A stretch of 64,000 nt of DNA from an uncultured delta proteobacterium (GTDB lineage: Bacteria > Desulfobacterota > Binatia > JACPRU01). A model generated the notes under the pieces. It made no database searches. It had not been told where the DNA came from and worked only from the letters and a program-made list of their open reading frames with translations. Both the position numbers and the translations under genes were made by a program. Positions 1-10,825 of the stretch are shown here, one piece after another. Where the stretch lies: contig CAVUWD010000006.1 in NCBI GenBank assembly GCA_963745025.1, positions 192,001 through 256,000 on the forward strand, given 5' to 3'. Numbering within the stretch: the stretch's first letter is position 1; each line of letters starts with the position of its first letter.

Positions 1-2590
1 GAATGGTCGGCCTGGAAGTGAGACGGCCCCGTGAAGTGCACGAACACCGCGTAGTCTCGACCCACGCGCTCGACGCACTTCCAGAACAGCGGGACGGTGA
101 AGGTGCCGCCGGGCTTCACTTCCGCGGGCAGCGGGCCGTAGCCGAGCAGGTCTACGGCGCCGAAGTCCGCTTCGAGTGGCGTCACCGGCGTGAAGCGCTC
201 CTGCCGCAACGCTTCGAGACGGTCGCGCTCCGCGTCGTCTGCCGCTTGCGAAAGCACGCGATCCACGCAGAGTGAGTCGAGCGTGTCCTCTTCTGCGCAC
301 GCCCTGAACTCACGCGAGGCGAGATCGCCGAGCCCGAGCGACTGGTACCGCAGCCCGTCGTGGCCGCTCGGCTCGCCGCCGACGAAGCCGTTGATCCACA
401 GGGCCCGCGCCAGCCGATAGCTGAACTCGACGTTGTCCGGGTCGGCGCGGATCGCGCGCTCGTAGTCAGCGATCGCCTCGCTCCAAGGCGTGGTATCCGC
501 GTCGGGCGCGAAAGCGGCGTGGATCGAATGGTAGTTGATGCCCATGAAGCCCCGCCGCTCTGCGAGCATCCCTTGGAGGAAGTCAGACAGGCCCGCAGTG
601 GTCTCGGGCACGTCCGCGGCGCGCACGAAGATCTCGGCCACGGACCAGTCCCAGCCGACACTGTCTTGCAGCAGCCGCACGCGAAGGTGACGAGCCTCGA
701 CCGGCTCGAAGTAGAACGACGCCCGCCCGTCGTCGTCGTGCTTGGGGTGTCCGTTCCACCAGTACCAGGGCAGGGCGACGAGGCGCTGCCGCACGGTCCA
801 CGTCGCTCCGTCGAGCGAGGTCTCCACCACGGCTTCCCCCGGCAGGTCGTGAATGCGCACGCCCGCGAGCAGATGGACCTCTTCCACGCGGTGCACGCGC
901 GCCGAGGTCGACGGCGATCCAATCCTCGGCGCGTCCGACCCGATTCGTCGACCACACCGTGAGCGGGTCACGATCGACGATGGCCTCCACGCGTTCCGCT
1001 TCGGTGGACGCGCTGAGCTTCCACTCCGCGGGGGAAAGCCATCCCCCCGAGCGCTGCGGCCGCTGGAAATCGTAGAAGATGACGTACGGCCCGGCCTCTG
1101 CGCGCCGGTAGCGGCCGTCAAGGACGCGCAGCGAGCGGCTGACGTCCTCGGGCGAAGGGATCTTGAGCACCTTGTGCGTGACGATCGCTGCCGAGGAGGC
1201 GTCGTCCACGGCGTCGAGGTACGGCTCGTAGGGGATGCCGTAGTAGTCGGAGACGATGATGCGCTCGCGCGAGGCGAGCGTCAGCGGCAGCGAGATGCGG
1301 TCGTGGGCATAGGCGCGGGTGATGCCGAGTCGTTCGAGCGCGGCCACTCCGAGTCGCGCGCCGTTGTCGTGCAAAGGCTTTGCCCATTCGGCGTAGTGGC
1401 GGCGGTCGTTGATTCCGGGCAGGACCATCACTACGAGCAGCGCCGCCGCAGCGGTTCGCGAGCGGCGTCCGAGCATCGCCACCGCCCCTCCGACCAGGAT
1501 CGGCAGGGGGAAGCACATGGGGATCAGATAACGAGAGAAGCCGGCGCTCACTCCCCAGCGGCTCTTGGAATAGAGGATCGCGGTGGTCGCCACGAGCACG
1601 AGCAGCATGCCGCAGCCGACGCGCGCGGCACGCTCCGCGCGAAGCCACTGCCAGATCGCGAACAGCATCAGCACGACGAACAAGAGTTGTCCTACGTACG
1701 AGCCACGGCCAGGCGCTCGGGGGGTTCGTCCAGAACTGAGTGTTCGCCGCCAGCAAGCTGCCGATCGACTCCCAGAAGCCTTCGACCGACGCCTCGATCG
1801 GTCGCGCCGCGTAGTCGGACGAGGTGAAGTTGCGCAGCACGATCCAGTGGAAGACCGCGTTCCAGCCGATCAGCGGCGCGGCGCCGATAGCCATGCCGAG
1901 GGCGAGGCGCCAGGCATCGGCGCGAAGGAACGAGCGGCCCGAGACCGCGATGAGCGTCGCGCCGACCGCCGCCACGAAGCAAACGCCGAGCTGATGGCAC
2001 CACACGGAAGCGCCGAGCATAACGCCCGCGAGCCAGATCCAGCGCGGACGCGCCGGCGCGCTGACGAGATGTTGCAACGCGGCGAAGCAGCCGAGGCCGC
2101 CGAGGGTGACGAATAGCGCGTAGGAATTGACGTCGTAGAACGGGAAGTAGGCGGGGGCGAGCGCGAGGTAGACAAGTGTGGCGATCCCCGCCGTATCACC
2201 CCACAAGCGCCTCGCGAAGAGGTAACCCGCGAGGGTGCCGAGGAGGTTCAGACCGACGCTGACCCAGCCGTAGGTGCGAATCGGATCGCCGCCGAGCGCG
2301 TAGAAGGGTGCCAACAGGTACGAGAACACGGTGCCGTGATAGGGTTCGCTCCAGTTCATCACCGGGGTCTCGCCGCGCAGGATGGCGAGGGCTTCGAGGC
2401 CCATCGGTGCGCGCTCATACTGGATCTCCTCGAAGTACGGCGAGTCGAGCATCGCGACGCGCGACGCGGCCACCGCCGCGAAGCCCGCGAGCGTGGCGAG
2501 CGCCACGAGCAACACTCGGCCTCTCCGCCCCCGTGCCTCAGCGAGGACCAGCAGCCCCGCCGCCATCGCCCATGAAGCTCTTGGTCTCAT
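1..2590 (-). CDS. GT-C fold (ArnT/PMT-like) membrane glycosyltransferase with discoidin-like and C-terminal soluble domains; several frameshifts; runs off the left edge
   Basis: ORF 1118..2590 N-terminus (APMGLEALAILRGE..EPYHGT, many TM helices) continues in ORF 583..1683 (YWIS-like HDRISLPLT, DRDPLTVWST) and in further minus-strand frames down to nt 1 (LLGY..FWK..DYAVFVHF). This parallels the adjacent 864-aa paralog. Confidence 0.7.
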
Positions 2591-2701
2591 CGAGCGTTGG
2601 TCAAGTCGAGGCCCGGGTTACCGAGTCGTCCGGCGACATCGTGAGCCGCGTGCAAGGCGAATGACCGAGACGAGGGAGGGCGGGCCACGGGCGACACGTT
2701 C

Positions 2702-5296
2702 CTACGTAGCCATCTGGAGGCGGCGACGCCACCCCGAGTTGGCGGTTGCGACAGGCACGCCCGCGGGGCCGACCTCGAGATCGAGGAGGTCGCGACTCTT
2801 GGCGGGATGCCACCATGGGCCGAGAGCGAGGTGGTGGTGGTCTGAGGGGTCCCACACGCCGATCTCTAGGGCATAGCCGCCCACGGGCAGCTCTTGCGGA
2901 ATCGTCACGCGCTCGGTCTGCTTCACGATCTCCCCCACCTCCCACGTACGGGTGGAATGACCGGCATCGCCGAGGACGTAGTCGGTGGGGAACTGCCCGT
3001 GCGGTCCACGCACGTGGACGAAGGCCGCGTAGTCGCTCTGCATGCGCCGCTGCGCCTTCCAGTAATACGTGAGCTCCACCGCGCGCGGCCCGACGCTCTT
3101 GCGGTCGTAACCGACGAGCTTCAGCGCCGTCCCGAAGCGCCAGCCCAGAGGCACCGCCGGAGAAAAGCGCTCCCTCTCCATGCGGTCGATGGCCGCCAGC
3201 CGCTCGGCGTCGCCGTGACTGCTGTAGAGCTCGCGCAGCGCCAGCAGCGCGGCGTTGCTCTCGGGGTGACGGTCGGCCTCGCGAAGCAGACGGCGCTCGG
3301 CCACCTCGAAGGAGCTCGGGTCGGCGAACCGCGGCGGCTGAAGGATCGGGCCCGCGGAGGCCTGCCCGAACACGTCGAGCTCGGCCACCGTCCAGCTCTG
3401 CCCGGGGAAGGCTTGCAGCAGCGTCAGGCGCACCCAGCGCGCCGGGCGCGGCGGGAAGAGCACCATCTGCACGTCATCGGGCATCACCGACACCTGGCCG
3501 TCGGAACGGAAGCTGATCGGGGAATCCCAACTCGCGTCCTTCACCAGCTCCCAGCTCTCGCCATCGCCCGAGGCCTCCACGAGCAGGCGGCGAAAGGCCG
3601 TGGTCGGCTGCCCGCCGAGGCCGAGGTAGATTCCCGTGATCGTTTCGCTGCGGCCGAGATCGAGCGTGAGCGCCGGGCGGAACGCCGTCGGCGGCACCGA
3701 CCATCTCGTCAGCGGATCGCCGTCGATCACCAGGTCCGCGTCTTCGGCGTCGGTGGTGGCGGAGACTTTCCAGCTCTCGCGCGCCAGCGGCGCGCGAGGC
3801 ACGCCGTCGTAGTGGATCTGCCAGTAGATGCGATAGCCGCGGACGTGCGCCCGCGCGAAACCGGCGTCGAGGGATGCGAGCGTGCTCTCGGCGCCGCTGC
3901 CCGGATCGTCGTGCAGGATGACCGCCGGATTCTCGATCCTCTCCTCGTCGATTGGATAGCGGCGGTTCTGGTAGTCCGTGACGATGACCCGGTCGCGGGT
4001 GAGAAACGTCGTGATCATCGCATCGCCGTAGTCGGCGTACGCGAAGCGGATCGGGCTCTGCAGCAGGTACTTGCTGAGCTCCTCGACCGGCCCGGCGAAG
4101 AACCGCGCCGGCATCTTCACGAAGTCGCGGTGAAGCTCCAAGACCTCGCGGGCGTAGAGCGCGAGGGCGAGACCGAGGACGGAGAGGCCGAGCGCTCGCT
4201 TGCGCTCGAGGAGCCACTCCACGGCGAGCGCCGAGAGCGGGATCGTCGCGGTCGCGAACGGTACGAGGTAGCGCTCGAGCCGAAGCGTCGTCGGCCGGCA
4301 CTCGGTGTAAACGACGACTGTCACGAGCGCGAAGAGGAAGAGGCTCGCGACGGGGCTCATTCGCGCGACACGTCCGCGCACAAGATCGAGCCAGGACCCG
4401 CGCAGGGCGACGAGAGCGGCACCCGCGCCGGCGGCGGCGAGCGTTGCGAGCGCCAGGCCGGGCGCGCCCTCCGAGAACTCGCCCGTCAGCTCGCGTACGC
4501 CGAGCACGTTGGGCAAGCCGCGCGTCAGCACCCAGTAGAGATCCGCTCCCCGTCCCGTTGCCCCCGCCAGCGCGGCCTCGTGGGTCAGCAGGTGGAACGT
4601 GCCAAACCCGTGCCGGAGGTTGTAGGCCCAGAAGGGAAGGCTCGCGACGAAGAACGCGGTGATCGCCAGCCACGCCGCGGGGCGGCGCAGGATCCGCCAA
4701 TCCCAGAGCACGAGGTAGAGGCCGGCGACGACGAAGTACGGGAGCACCAGCCAGTTGGTCCAGAACGCGAAGCCGCCGATCGCACCGATCGCGAACAGGT
4801 ACGCCCCCTGTGCACGGGGTGAGAGCGGGCGGTAGATCAATCGCAGTGTCAGCACGAGCAGCCACGTGCCGAGCGCGAGCGTCTCGGGATAGCCACCGAG
4901 CGGCATCATCTCGTGATACTGCAGGTACGCGGGCGCGATGGCCGAGAGCAGCGCGGCGATGATCGCAGCGCGCTCGCCGCCGCACAGCTCGGTGAGCGCG
5001 TAGACCGCGATCGTGAACAGCATGAACCAGGGGAGCAGGCCGAGCGACAGCGAGAACTCGTTCACGCCGAACAGAGCGAAGAACGGCGCGATCGACAGGG
5101 ACTCAGTCGAGCCCATGTACGATTGTCCCCAGTAAAACGCGTAGAAGCGCCCGGCGAGCTCGTGCATCGCCATCAAGCCGACGATCGCCGTATCGTTGAA
5201 CGCCTTCCCGTCGAGGGCCGCTGCGACGTAGAGTCGGACGAGGATCCCGACGACGAGGATCGCGACGAGGCCGATCTTGCGGGTCCGATCTTTCAT
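2702..5296 (-). CDS. GT-C fold (family 39-like) glycosyltransferase with F5/8 type C (discoidin-like) domain
   Basis: 864-aa ORF. N-terminal DTAIVGLMA..FYWGQSYMG, multi-TM core, IDGDPLTRWS..LTLDLG..ARWVRL discoidin-like segment and C-terminal YYWK..DYAAFVH domain. Confidence 0.8.
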   Translation of the reverse strand: MKDRTRKIGLVAILVVGILVRLYVAAALDGKAFNDTAIVGLMAMHELAGRFYAFYWGQSYMGSTESLSIAPFFALFGVNEFSLSLGLLPWFMLFTIAVYALTELCGGERAAIIAALLSAIAPAYLQYHEMMPLGGYPETLALGTWLLVLTLRLIYRPLSPRAQGAYLFAIGAIGGFAFWTNWLVLPYFVVAGLYLVLWDWRILRRPAAWLAITAFFVASLPFWAYNLRHGFGTFHLLTHEAALAGATGRGADLYWVLTRGLPNVLGVRELTGEFSEGAPGLALATLAAAGAGAALVALRGSWLDLVRGRVARMSPVASLFLFALVTVVVYTECRPTTLRLERYLVPFATATIPLSALAVEWLLERKRALGLSVLGLALALYAREVLELHRDFVKMPARFFAGPVEELSKYLLQSPIRFAYADYGDAMITTFLTRDRVIVTDYQNRRYPIDEERIENPAVILHDDPGSGAESTLASLDAGFARAHVRGYRIYWQIHYDGVPRAPLARESWKVSATTDAEDADLVIDGDPLTRWSVPPTAFRPALTLDLGRSETITGIYLGLGGQPTTAFRRLLVEASGDGESWELVKDASWDSPISFRSDGQVSVMPDDVQMVLFPPRPARWVRLTLLQAFPGQSWTVAELDVFGQASAGPILQPPRFADPSSFEVAERRLLREADRHPESNAALLALRELYSSHGDAERLAAIDRMERERFSPAVPLGWRFGTALKLVGYDRKSVGPRAVELTYYWKAQRRMQSDYAAFVHVRGPHGQFPTDYVLGDAGHSTRTWEVGEIVKQTERVTIPQELPVGGYALEIGVWDPSDHHHLALGPWWHPAKSRDLLDLEVGPAGVPVATANSGWRRRLQMAT

Positions 5297-5364
5297 TGCG
5301 ATTGCGCGATCGGGGTTCTTACGTTAAAACCCTCAATCATGGCTGATATTACGTAGGAACTTGA

Positions 5365-5913
5365 ATGGCTTCAACGGGCAAAGGCGGCGGCAGACCGCCG
5401 AAGTTCGACGAGCCACGAAGGCCGGTGACGGTGACGCTGCCCAAACGCACGCTTTCTGCGCTCGCCGCGGTCGACACCGACCGCGCCAGGGCGATCGTCA
5501 AGCTCGTCGACGCGGCGCTGTCCGGCAAGAGGAGCGGCAAGCCTGTGGAGGTCGTCGAGGTCGCTCCGGGAGCGGCCGTCATCCTGGTGGCACCGAGTCG
5601 ATGTCTGCGCCGTATTCCCTGGCTGAAGCTCGCCGAAGTGACGCCGGGCCGCCATCTGCTGACGATCGTTCCCGGCACGGCGATCGAGTCGCTCGAAGTT
5701 GCGATGCTCGACATTCTCGAGCGCTTGGCACCCGACGAAGACTACGAACGGAAGATCCTCGAGGAGCTACGGCAACTGATCGGTGCGAGCCGGCGCGGGC
5801 ACACCATCCGCAAGTTCGAGATGCTCTACGTGCGCCCCTTTGCCGCACGCCGCCGCCCGGCCTCTTCGCGCCTGCGCGGTACGCCGGCGATCCGAGATTC
5901 ACACGTCAGATGA
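5365..5913 (+). CDS. Conserved hypothetical protein, possible DNA-binding regulator
   Basis: 182-aa ORF divergent from the glycosyltransferases. Basic N-terminus GRPPKF..RRPVTVTLP is RHH-like (inference). Confidence 0.6.
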   Translation: MASTGKGGGRPPKFDEPRRPVTVTLPKRTLSALAAVDTDRARAIVKLVDAALSGKRSGKPVEVVEVAPGAAVILVAPSRCLRRIPWLKLAEVTPGRHLLTIVPGTAIESLEVAMLDILERLAPDEDYERKILEELRQLIGASRRGHTIRKFEMLYVRPFAARRRPASSRLRGTPAIRDSHVR

Positions 5914-6032
5914 CCACGGTTGCGGCTTGATATGACCCGACCGAACGGGCCGTCCCGGATCGGGCCGCGGTGATTTGTCCTTTCGGTGCGCCTTCGGCTG
6001 AGATAAGGAGCCTGAGAGAAAGGGGAGCGAGC

Positions 6033-7229
6033 ATGGCAGCGACCGTTCTTTATCGTGACCAGGTTTCGGAAATCGCAGTGGCGTCAGCTGAGGGAGAGCA
6101 CCTCTGGGTTCCAGTCGCGGACCTGGAGCGGGCGAGCGGCTGGCAACTCAAGCCCGAGGGGGCCTGCAAGGGTGAGGTGTGCGTGCCGCTACCTCGAGAC
6201 CGGTCGTGGCTCCGCGGAGATCGATTCGATCTCGCCGCGCTCGCGCGCCATGTCGGCGAGCCGGTCGTTCACGACGACGAGGGTCGCGTCTGGCTGTTCG
6301 CCGAGCCAGCTGACACCAAGCGCAGCCGGCTTCAGTCCGGCGAGGCACCCGACTTCGCGCTGCCGGATCTGAGCGGGCGCATCCATCGTCTGTCCGACTA
6401 CCGGGGCAAGAAGGTCTTACTCTACGCCTGGGCCTCCTGGTGAGGATGCCGCTTCGACTTGCCCGTGTGGCAGGCGATCTACGAGGAGCTCCGGGGCCAG
6501 AACTTCGTCGTCATCGCGATCGCGCTCGATAGCGCCGGCCCCGCGGCGGCGCGTGCCGCGATCGAGGCCGACGGTCCGCCGCCCGAGCTTGCGCCAGTCG
6601 CGAAGAACCTGATGGGCTGGGACGACGACATCTGGAGCCGTGCCGGACGGCCGACGTATCCCTGCCTGATCGACGCGCAACACGTCGTCGCCGAGCTCTA
6701 CGACATGGTGAACGTGCCGACCGCCGTGTGGATCGACGAGAAGGGACGGATCGTCCGTCCCCCCGAGAGCGGTGGCTCGAACGACGCTTTCCGCAAGATG
6801 GATCCGGCGACGTTCGCGTTGCCCGAGGACGCCGCGGCGTCGGGGCGGAAGGCCCGGAGCGTCTACGTCAACGCGCTCCGCGATTGGGTGAAGAACGGCG
6901 AGCGGAGCCGGCACGCGTACAAGCTCAAGGAGGCGATTCACCGCACGCGCATGCCGACGGACGCCGCCGCGCTGGCCACGGCGTGGTTCCGGCTCGGCAA
7001 GTACTTCCACGAGAAGGGCGACCTGGCCGCGGCGCAGAAGTATCTCAAGAAGGCGGTCGCGCTTCGGCCCGAGAGCTGGAACTTCCGACGCCAGACATAC
7101 GTGCTCGCTGACCCGGCGTTGACCGGACAGCTGAACGCGCAGCCCGAGTTCTTCGCGGACGTGGCCGCGCTCGGTGATCGGCACTACTACGAGCCGATCG
7201 ACATGGAAGGGATGCCCAAGCCGGATTGA
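6033..7229 (+). CDS. Selenocysteine-containing AhpC/TSA (TlpA/Prx-like) redoxin with C-terminal TPR-like region; TGA 6441-6443 read as Sec (U137)
   Basis: ORFs 5970..6443 and 6459..7229 are in the same frame. Read-through gives APDFALPDLSG..RGKKVLLYAWASW-U-GCRFDLPVWQ..VPTAVWIDEKGRIVR, a continuous thioredoxin fold with the TGA at the redox site. A hairpin lies downstream. Confidence 0.88.
6458..6474 (+). promoter_or_regulatory. Putative bacterial SECIS stem-loop for the redoxin UGA
   Basis: CTTGCC-CGTGT-GGCAGG hairpin (one G-U pair) starting 15 nt after the TGA, with a G-containing apical loop. Confidence 0.7.
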
Positions 7230-7424
7230 TTCGCGTCCAGACCCCCTGACGCATCGAAATCGATCGCGCGTCGGCTCCCACCCGGCGCCTTCGGTCTCGT
7301 CCATGGCTGGCTTCTGCAGACGCTCGCCTCGTGCGGTAACTACGCGGCGCTCCGTCCTTCAACGCGGAGGCCCATTCGCCACCGTCCCGACCGGAGAACG
7401 GAAGACGCGGCCGAGAATGGCGCC

Positions 7425-8039
7425 TCATGCCGGGCGCGCGATCCCCTCGTACGTGTATGTGAGCAGCGGGATCCCGCCCAGGTAGAAGTTCTCCAGCTCC
7501 GCGATCTGAAATCCCGCTCGCCGTAGGAGATCGTCGGTCTTGCGGTTCATGTTGCATCCGCCCGAGAGCCGCCGCCAGACAGGATTCAGGCGCTCTTGCC
7601 AGGTCCGCACGCGATGGTCGGGAGCGAGGCCATGCTCGATGAAGAGCATCCGCCCGTCGGGTTTCAACACGCGGCGGATCTCTTGGAGCGCCCGCAGTGG
7701 ATCGGCGATGCTGCAGAGCACCCAGGTAGCGACCGCCGTGTCGATCGAGCGGTCATCGAGAGCAAGCGCCTCCGCCGATTGGTGGAGGAGCTCCACCGGA
7801 AAGGGAAGCCCATCGATCTTCCGCCGCGTCATGTTCAGGAGGTCGGCGGAGGGATCGACGCCGAAAAGTCGCTGAACGCCGCGCGAGTAGAAGGGCAAGT
7901 TCAGTCCCGAGCCGATGCCGATCTCGAGCACTCGACCGCTCGCCGCTGGGACGACCTCCGCGCGGCGGCGCCCCGCCTCCTTGTTCCGCATCACCAGGTC
8001 GATGACGCGGGGGATCACTCGATCTCGGTAGAAGCCCAT
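7425..8039 (-). CDS. Class I SAM-dependent methyltransferase
   Basis: VLEIGIGSGLN motif I, LCSI..ALQEIRRVLKPDG, GGCNMNR. Confidence 0.9.
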   Translation of the reverse strand: MGFYRDRVIPRVIDLVMRNKEAGRRRAEVVPAASGRVLEIGIGSGLNLPFYSRGVQRLFGVDPSADLLNMTRRKIDGLPFPVELLHQSAEALALDDRSIDTAVATWVLCSIADPLRALQEIRRVLKPDGRMLFIEHGLAPDHRVRTWQERLNPVWRRLSGGCNMNRKTDDLLRRAGFQIAELENFYLGGIPLLTYTYEGIARPA

Positions 8040-8663
8040 CTTTCAGGATTCTTTCAGGATGCGGCAGGTTGCCTTGCGGCCGATCCTTCAGCAGATGACG
8101 CAATCGATCAAGATCGGAGGCCGGCGCGCGCCGCTCGCGGGTACTGCCGAGATCTTTCGCGCGTTTGCAGAGTGCGTCGACCAGACCGCATGGATGAAGT
8201 GCTTACCAAGACCGACGAAGGAGAGAAGGAGTTCGTATGAGCCACACCGGTACTTGAAAGTGCCGCCCCGCTTCGCGCAGCTGGTCGAGCACGAGATTGA
8301 CTCATGTTGGGGGCGTTGACCTCCTCACAACCAGCCAACGGCGCAGACGCTCGAAAAGATCAGCTCACCCATGTCGCGAGCGCACGCCTCGTACTTGCGG
8401 GTTTCCTCAGCTCAGGCGTAGGCACGTCGCGCCATCGGCGGTCGGCGCCTCGGTTCCTGAAGGTCTTCGCCCCGCCGATTGTTGGACCCGTTTACTCCTC
8501 GACCGCTATCGCCGGTCGTGCTGGTCGTGAGCGCCCGCGACGACTGCGCCATGCGGGCCGCCCGGGATAGTCGCAGTTCCGCCGGGTTCGCTTTTGCGTT
8601 GCCCGCGCCACGCGTGCTAGGTAGCCGGCTGCACGCACAGGCCAACGAATCGGGAGGCGGACG

Positions 8664-9677
8664 ATGTTGCCAGTAGGCTATTTCTCGCCGACGCAGGACC
8701 CGCCCAACGTCAAGAAGACCGCGGTCCTGATCGATGAAATCATGGAGCAGGCGGTGCTCGCCGAATCGGTCGGCTACGACGGCTTCTTTTTCCCGGAGCA
8801 CCATCAGCAGGCCGACGCCTTCCTGCCCAACCCGGTGCTGCTCGCCGGTCTCGTCGGCATGCGCACGAAGCGCATCAAAGTCGGCCCGTCGGTGCTCCTC
8901 GCGCCGCTCTACCACCCGATCCGGCTCGCCGAGGACGTCGCGATGATCGACCTCGCGACCAAGGGGCGGTTTATCTGCGCGCTCGGCGTCGGCTACGTGC
9001 CCGAGGATTTCGATGCCTTCGGCATCCCGTTCAAGCAGCGCGCGCGGCGCACCGAGGAATGCATCGAGATCCTCCGGCGCGCCTGGACCGGCGAGCGGTT
9101 CAGCTATCCGAGCAAGTACTACACACTCGAAAACATCCGCGTCACGCCGACGCCGTATACCGAGGCCGGCCCGCCGATCTGGGCGGCCGGCTGGTCGCGG
9201 CCGGGAATCGAGCGCGCCGGGCGCATGGCCGACGGCCTAATTGCGGATCCAATGCAGTCGTTGCAGGTGATCAAGGAGCACGCCCGCGAATACCGCGAAG
9301 TCGCGAAGCGGCACGGGCGCACCCCCTACTACGTGTTGATGCGCGACTGCGTGATCGGCGAGAACCGCGACACGGTCCTTGCCAAGAGCGTGCCGGCGAT
9401 GACCAAATACCGCTGGTACTACGAACACGGCGCCTATGTCGCCGACCAGTACCTGAAGGACGTCAAGAGCCCGGCTGATCTGACCTTCGACCTCTGCGCG
9501 AAAGACCGGCTCGTTGCTGGATCGCCCGAGCAGTGCCGGGACCAGTTGCAGATGTGGAAACAGGAAACCAAGCCCGACTATCTGATCCTGCGCATGCGCC
9601 ACGCGAGCGGCCCGCCCCTGCCCGAGGCCCTCGCCGATGTCCGGCGCATCGGCGAGAAGGTCATCCCGCACCTCTAG
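8664..9677 (+). CDS. LLM-class flavin-dependent oxidoreductase
   Basis: AESVGYDGFFFPEHH, HPIRLAEDVAMID, GRFICALGVGY, PPIWAAG; RBS GGAGG upstream. Confidence 0.92.
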   Translation: MLPVGYFSPTQDPPNVKKTAVLIDEIMEQAVLAESVGYDGFFFPEHHQQADAFLPNPVLLAGLVGMRTKRIKVGPSVLLAPLYHPIRLAEDVAMIDLATKGRFICALGVGYVPEDFDAFGIPFKQRARRTEECIEILRRAWTGERFSYPSKYYTLENIRVTPTPYTEAGPPIWAAGWSRPGIERAGRMADGLIADPMQSLQVIKEHAREYREVAKRHGRTPYYVLMRDCVIGENRDTVLAKSVPAMTKYRWYYEHGAYVADQYLKDVKSPADLTFDLCAKDRLVAGSPEQCRDQLQMWKQETKPDYLILRMRHASGPPLPEALADVRRIGEKVIPHL

Positions 9678-9684
9678 CCGCGAG

Positions 9685-10458
9685 ATGGCCGATCCGGTCC
9701 TCTACGACGCCCGCGCTCGCGCGGCCTGGCTCACGCTCAACGCTCCCGCCGTGCACAACGCGCTCGGCCCGGAACTGGTCGGTGGGCTCGACACGGCTCT
9801 CGCACGGGCGGTCGCCGACGAGGCGGTGCGCGTGATCGTGCTGACAGGCGCCGGACGCAGCTTCTGCGCGGGGCTCGACCTCAAGGGCGGCTCCGATGCC
9901 TTCCGGCGCCCGGGCGACGGCGACGCGCCCTCGCCCTACGAGCGCCTCGTGCGGGCGTTCTGGGAGTGTCCGAAGCCGATCATCGGCCGCATCCAGGGCG
10001 GCGCCTTCGGCGCGGGCTTCGGTCTCGTCTTGTGCTGCGATCTCGCGGTCGCTGCCGAGACCGTGGAGTTCGCCGTCACCGAGCTGCATTTCGGCATGCC
10101 GCCGACCCTCATCCCGCTGATGCTGCACCACCGCCAGCTGCTCGGCGCGGTGCGGCCGCTGCTCTTCACGGGCGAGCGTTTCGACGCGCGCCGCGCCCAC
10201 GCGCTGCACATCGTCCACGAAGTGGCCGCCGCACCGCAACTCGACGAGACCGTCGCGGCCTGCGGTGCGCGCCTGCTGAAGTGCGCGCCCGGCGCGCTCG
10301 CGACCGCCAAGACCATCCAGCGCGCGCTGCCGGCGATGACCTTTGCCGAGGGCCTCGCGTTCGCCGCCGGCCACCTCTCGCGCGCCCTGTCCTCGAGCGA
10401 GGCGCGCGAGGGGTTCGCGGCGTTCGGCGAGCGCCGCGCGCCGCGCTGGACCGCCTGA
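9685..10458 (+). CDS. Enoyl-CoA hydratase/isomerase (crotonase family)
   Basis: LTGAGRSFCAGLDL, PKPIIGRIQGGAFGAG, EAREGFAAFGERRAPRW. Confidence 0.9.
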   Translation: MADPVLYDARARAAWLTLNAPAVHNALGPELVGGLDTALARAVADEAVRVIVLTGAGRSFCAGLDLKGGSDAFRRPGDGDAPSPYERLVRAFWECPKPIIGRIQGGAFGAGFGLVLCCDLAVAAETVEFAVTELHFGMPPTLIPLMLHHRQLLGAVRPLLFTGERFDARRAHALHIVHEVAAAPQLDETVAACGARLLKCAPGALATAKTIQRALPAMTFAEGLAFAAGHLSRALSSSEAREGFAAFGERRAPRWTA

Positions 10459-10825
10459 TGCCCCCGCCGGATGAGCCTCCGCCCCGCGGAGGGCGCCGCT
10501 GAGGCCTGCCGTTTCGCGGTGGCGGCCACCTCGGCGACGGCGTCGGGGTTGACGAGACCGATTTTCCCAGAAGGCCCGCGGGCCGGTAACCGACCGCGGC
10601 TCGGTCGCGCCGCACGGCCCCGCCCCGGCGTGCTCTGCGGCAAGGCCGTGTTTTCCCGCACCCCGGAGCGTTGAATCCATCACAGGGTCGTGCGAGAGTG
10701 CCCCCGTTGCCCGGCGCGAGCTCCCGCCGGTACCCCAGGCTGCAGATGAGCGCGGCTGTGGCGGTCCCCAGCGAGGTCCCGCGCCGGAAGAGCGAGACCA
10801 GCACAAAGAGGATCGAGGATCACTG

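Noticed and set aside
8039-8060. Tandem 11-nt repeat TCTTTCAGGAT x2 before the methyltransferase start
   Set aside because: Only two copies; not a CRISPR array and no supportable function.
8237-8530. Strong RBS plus ATG with an early in-frame TGA (MSHTGT*KC...) as a third selenoprotein
   Set aside because: The read-through product is not protein-like, and I found no CGTGY hairpin at the expected distance.
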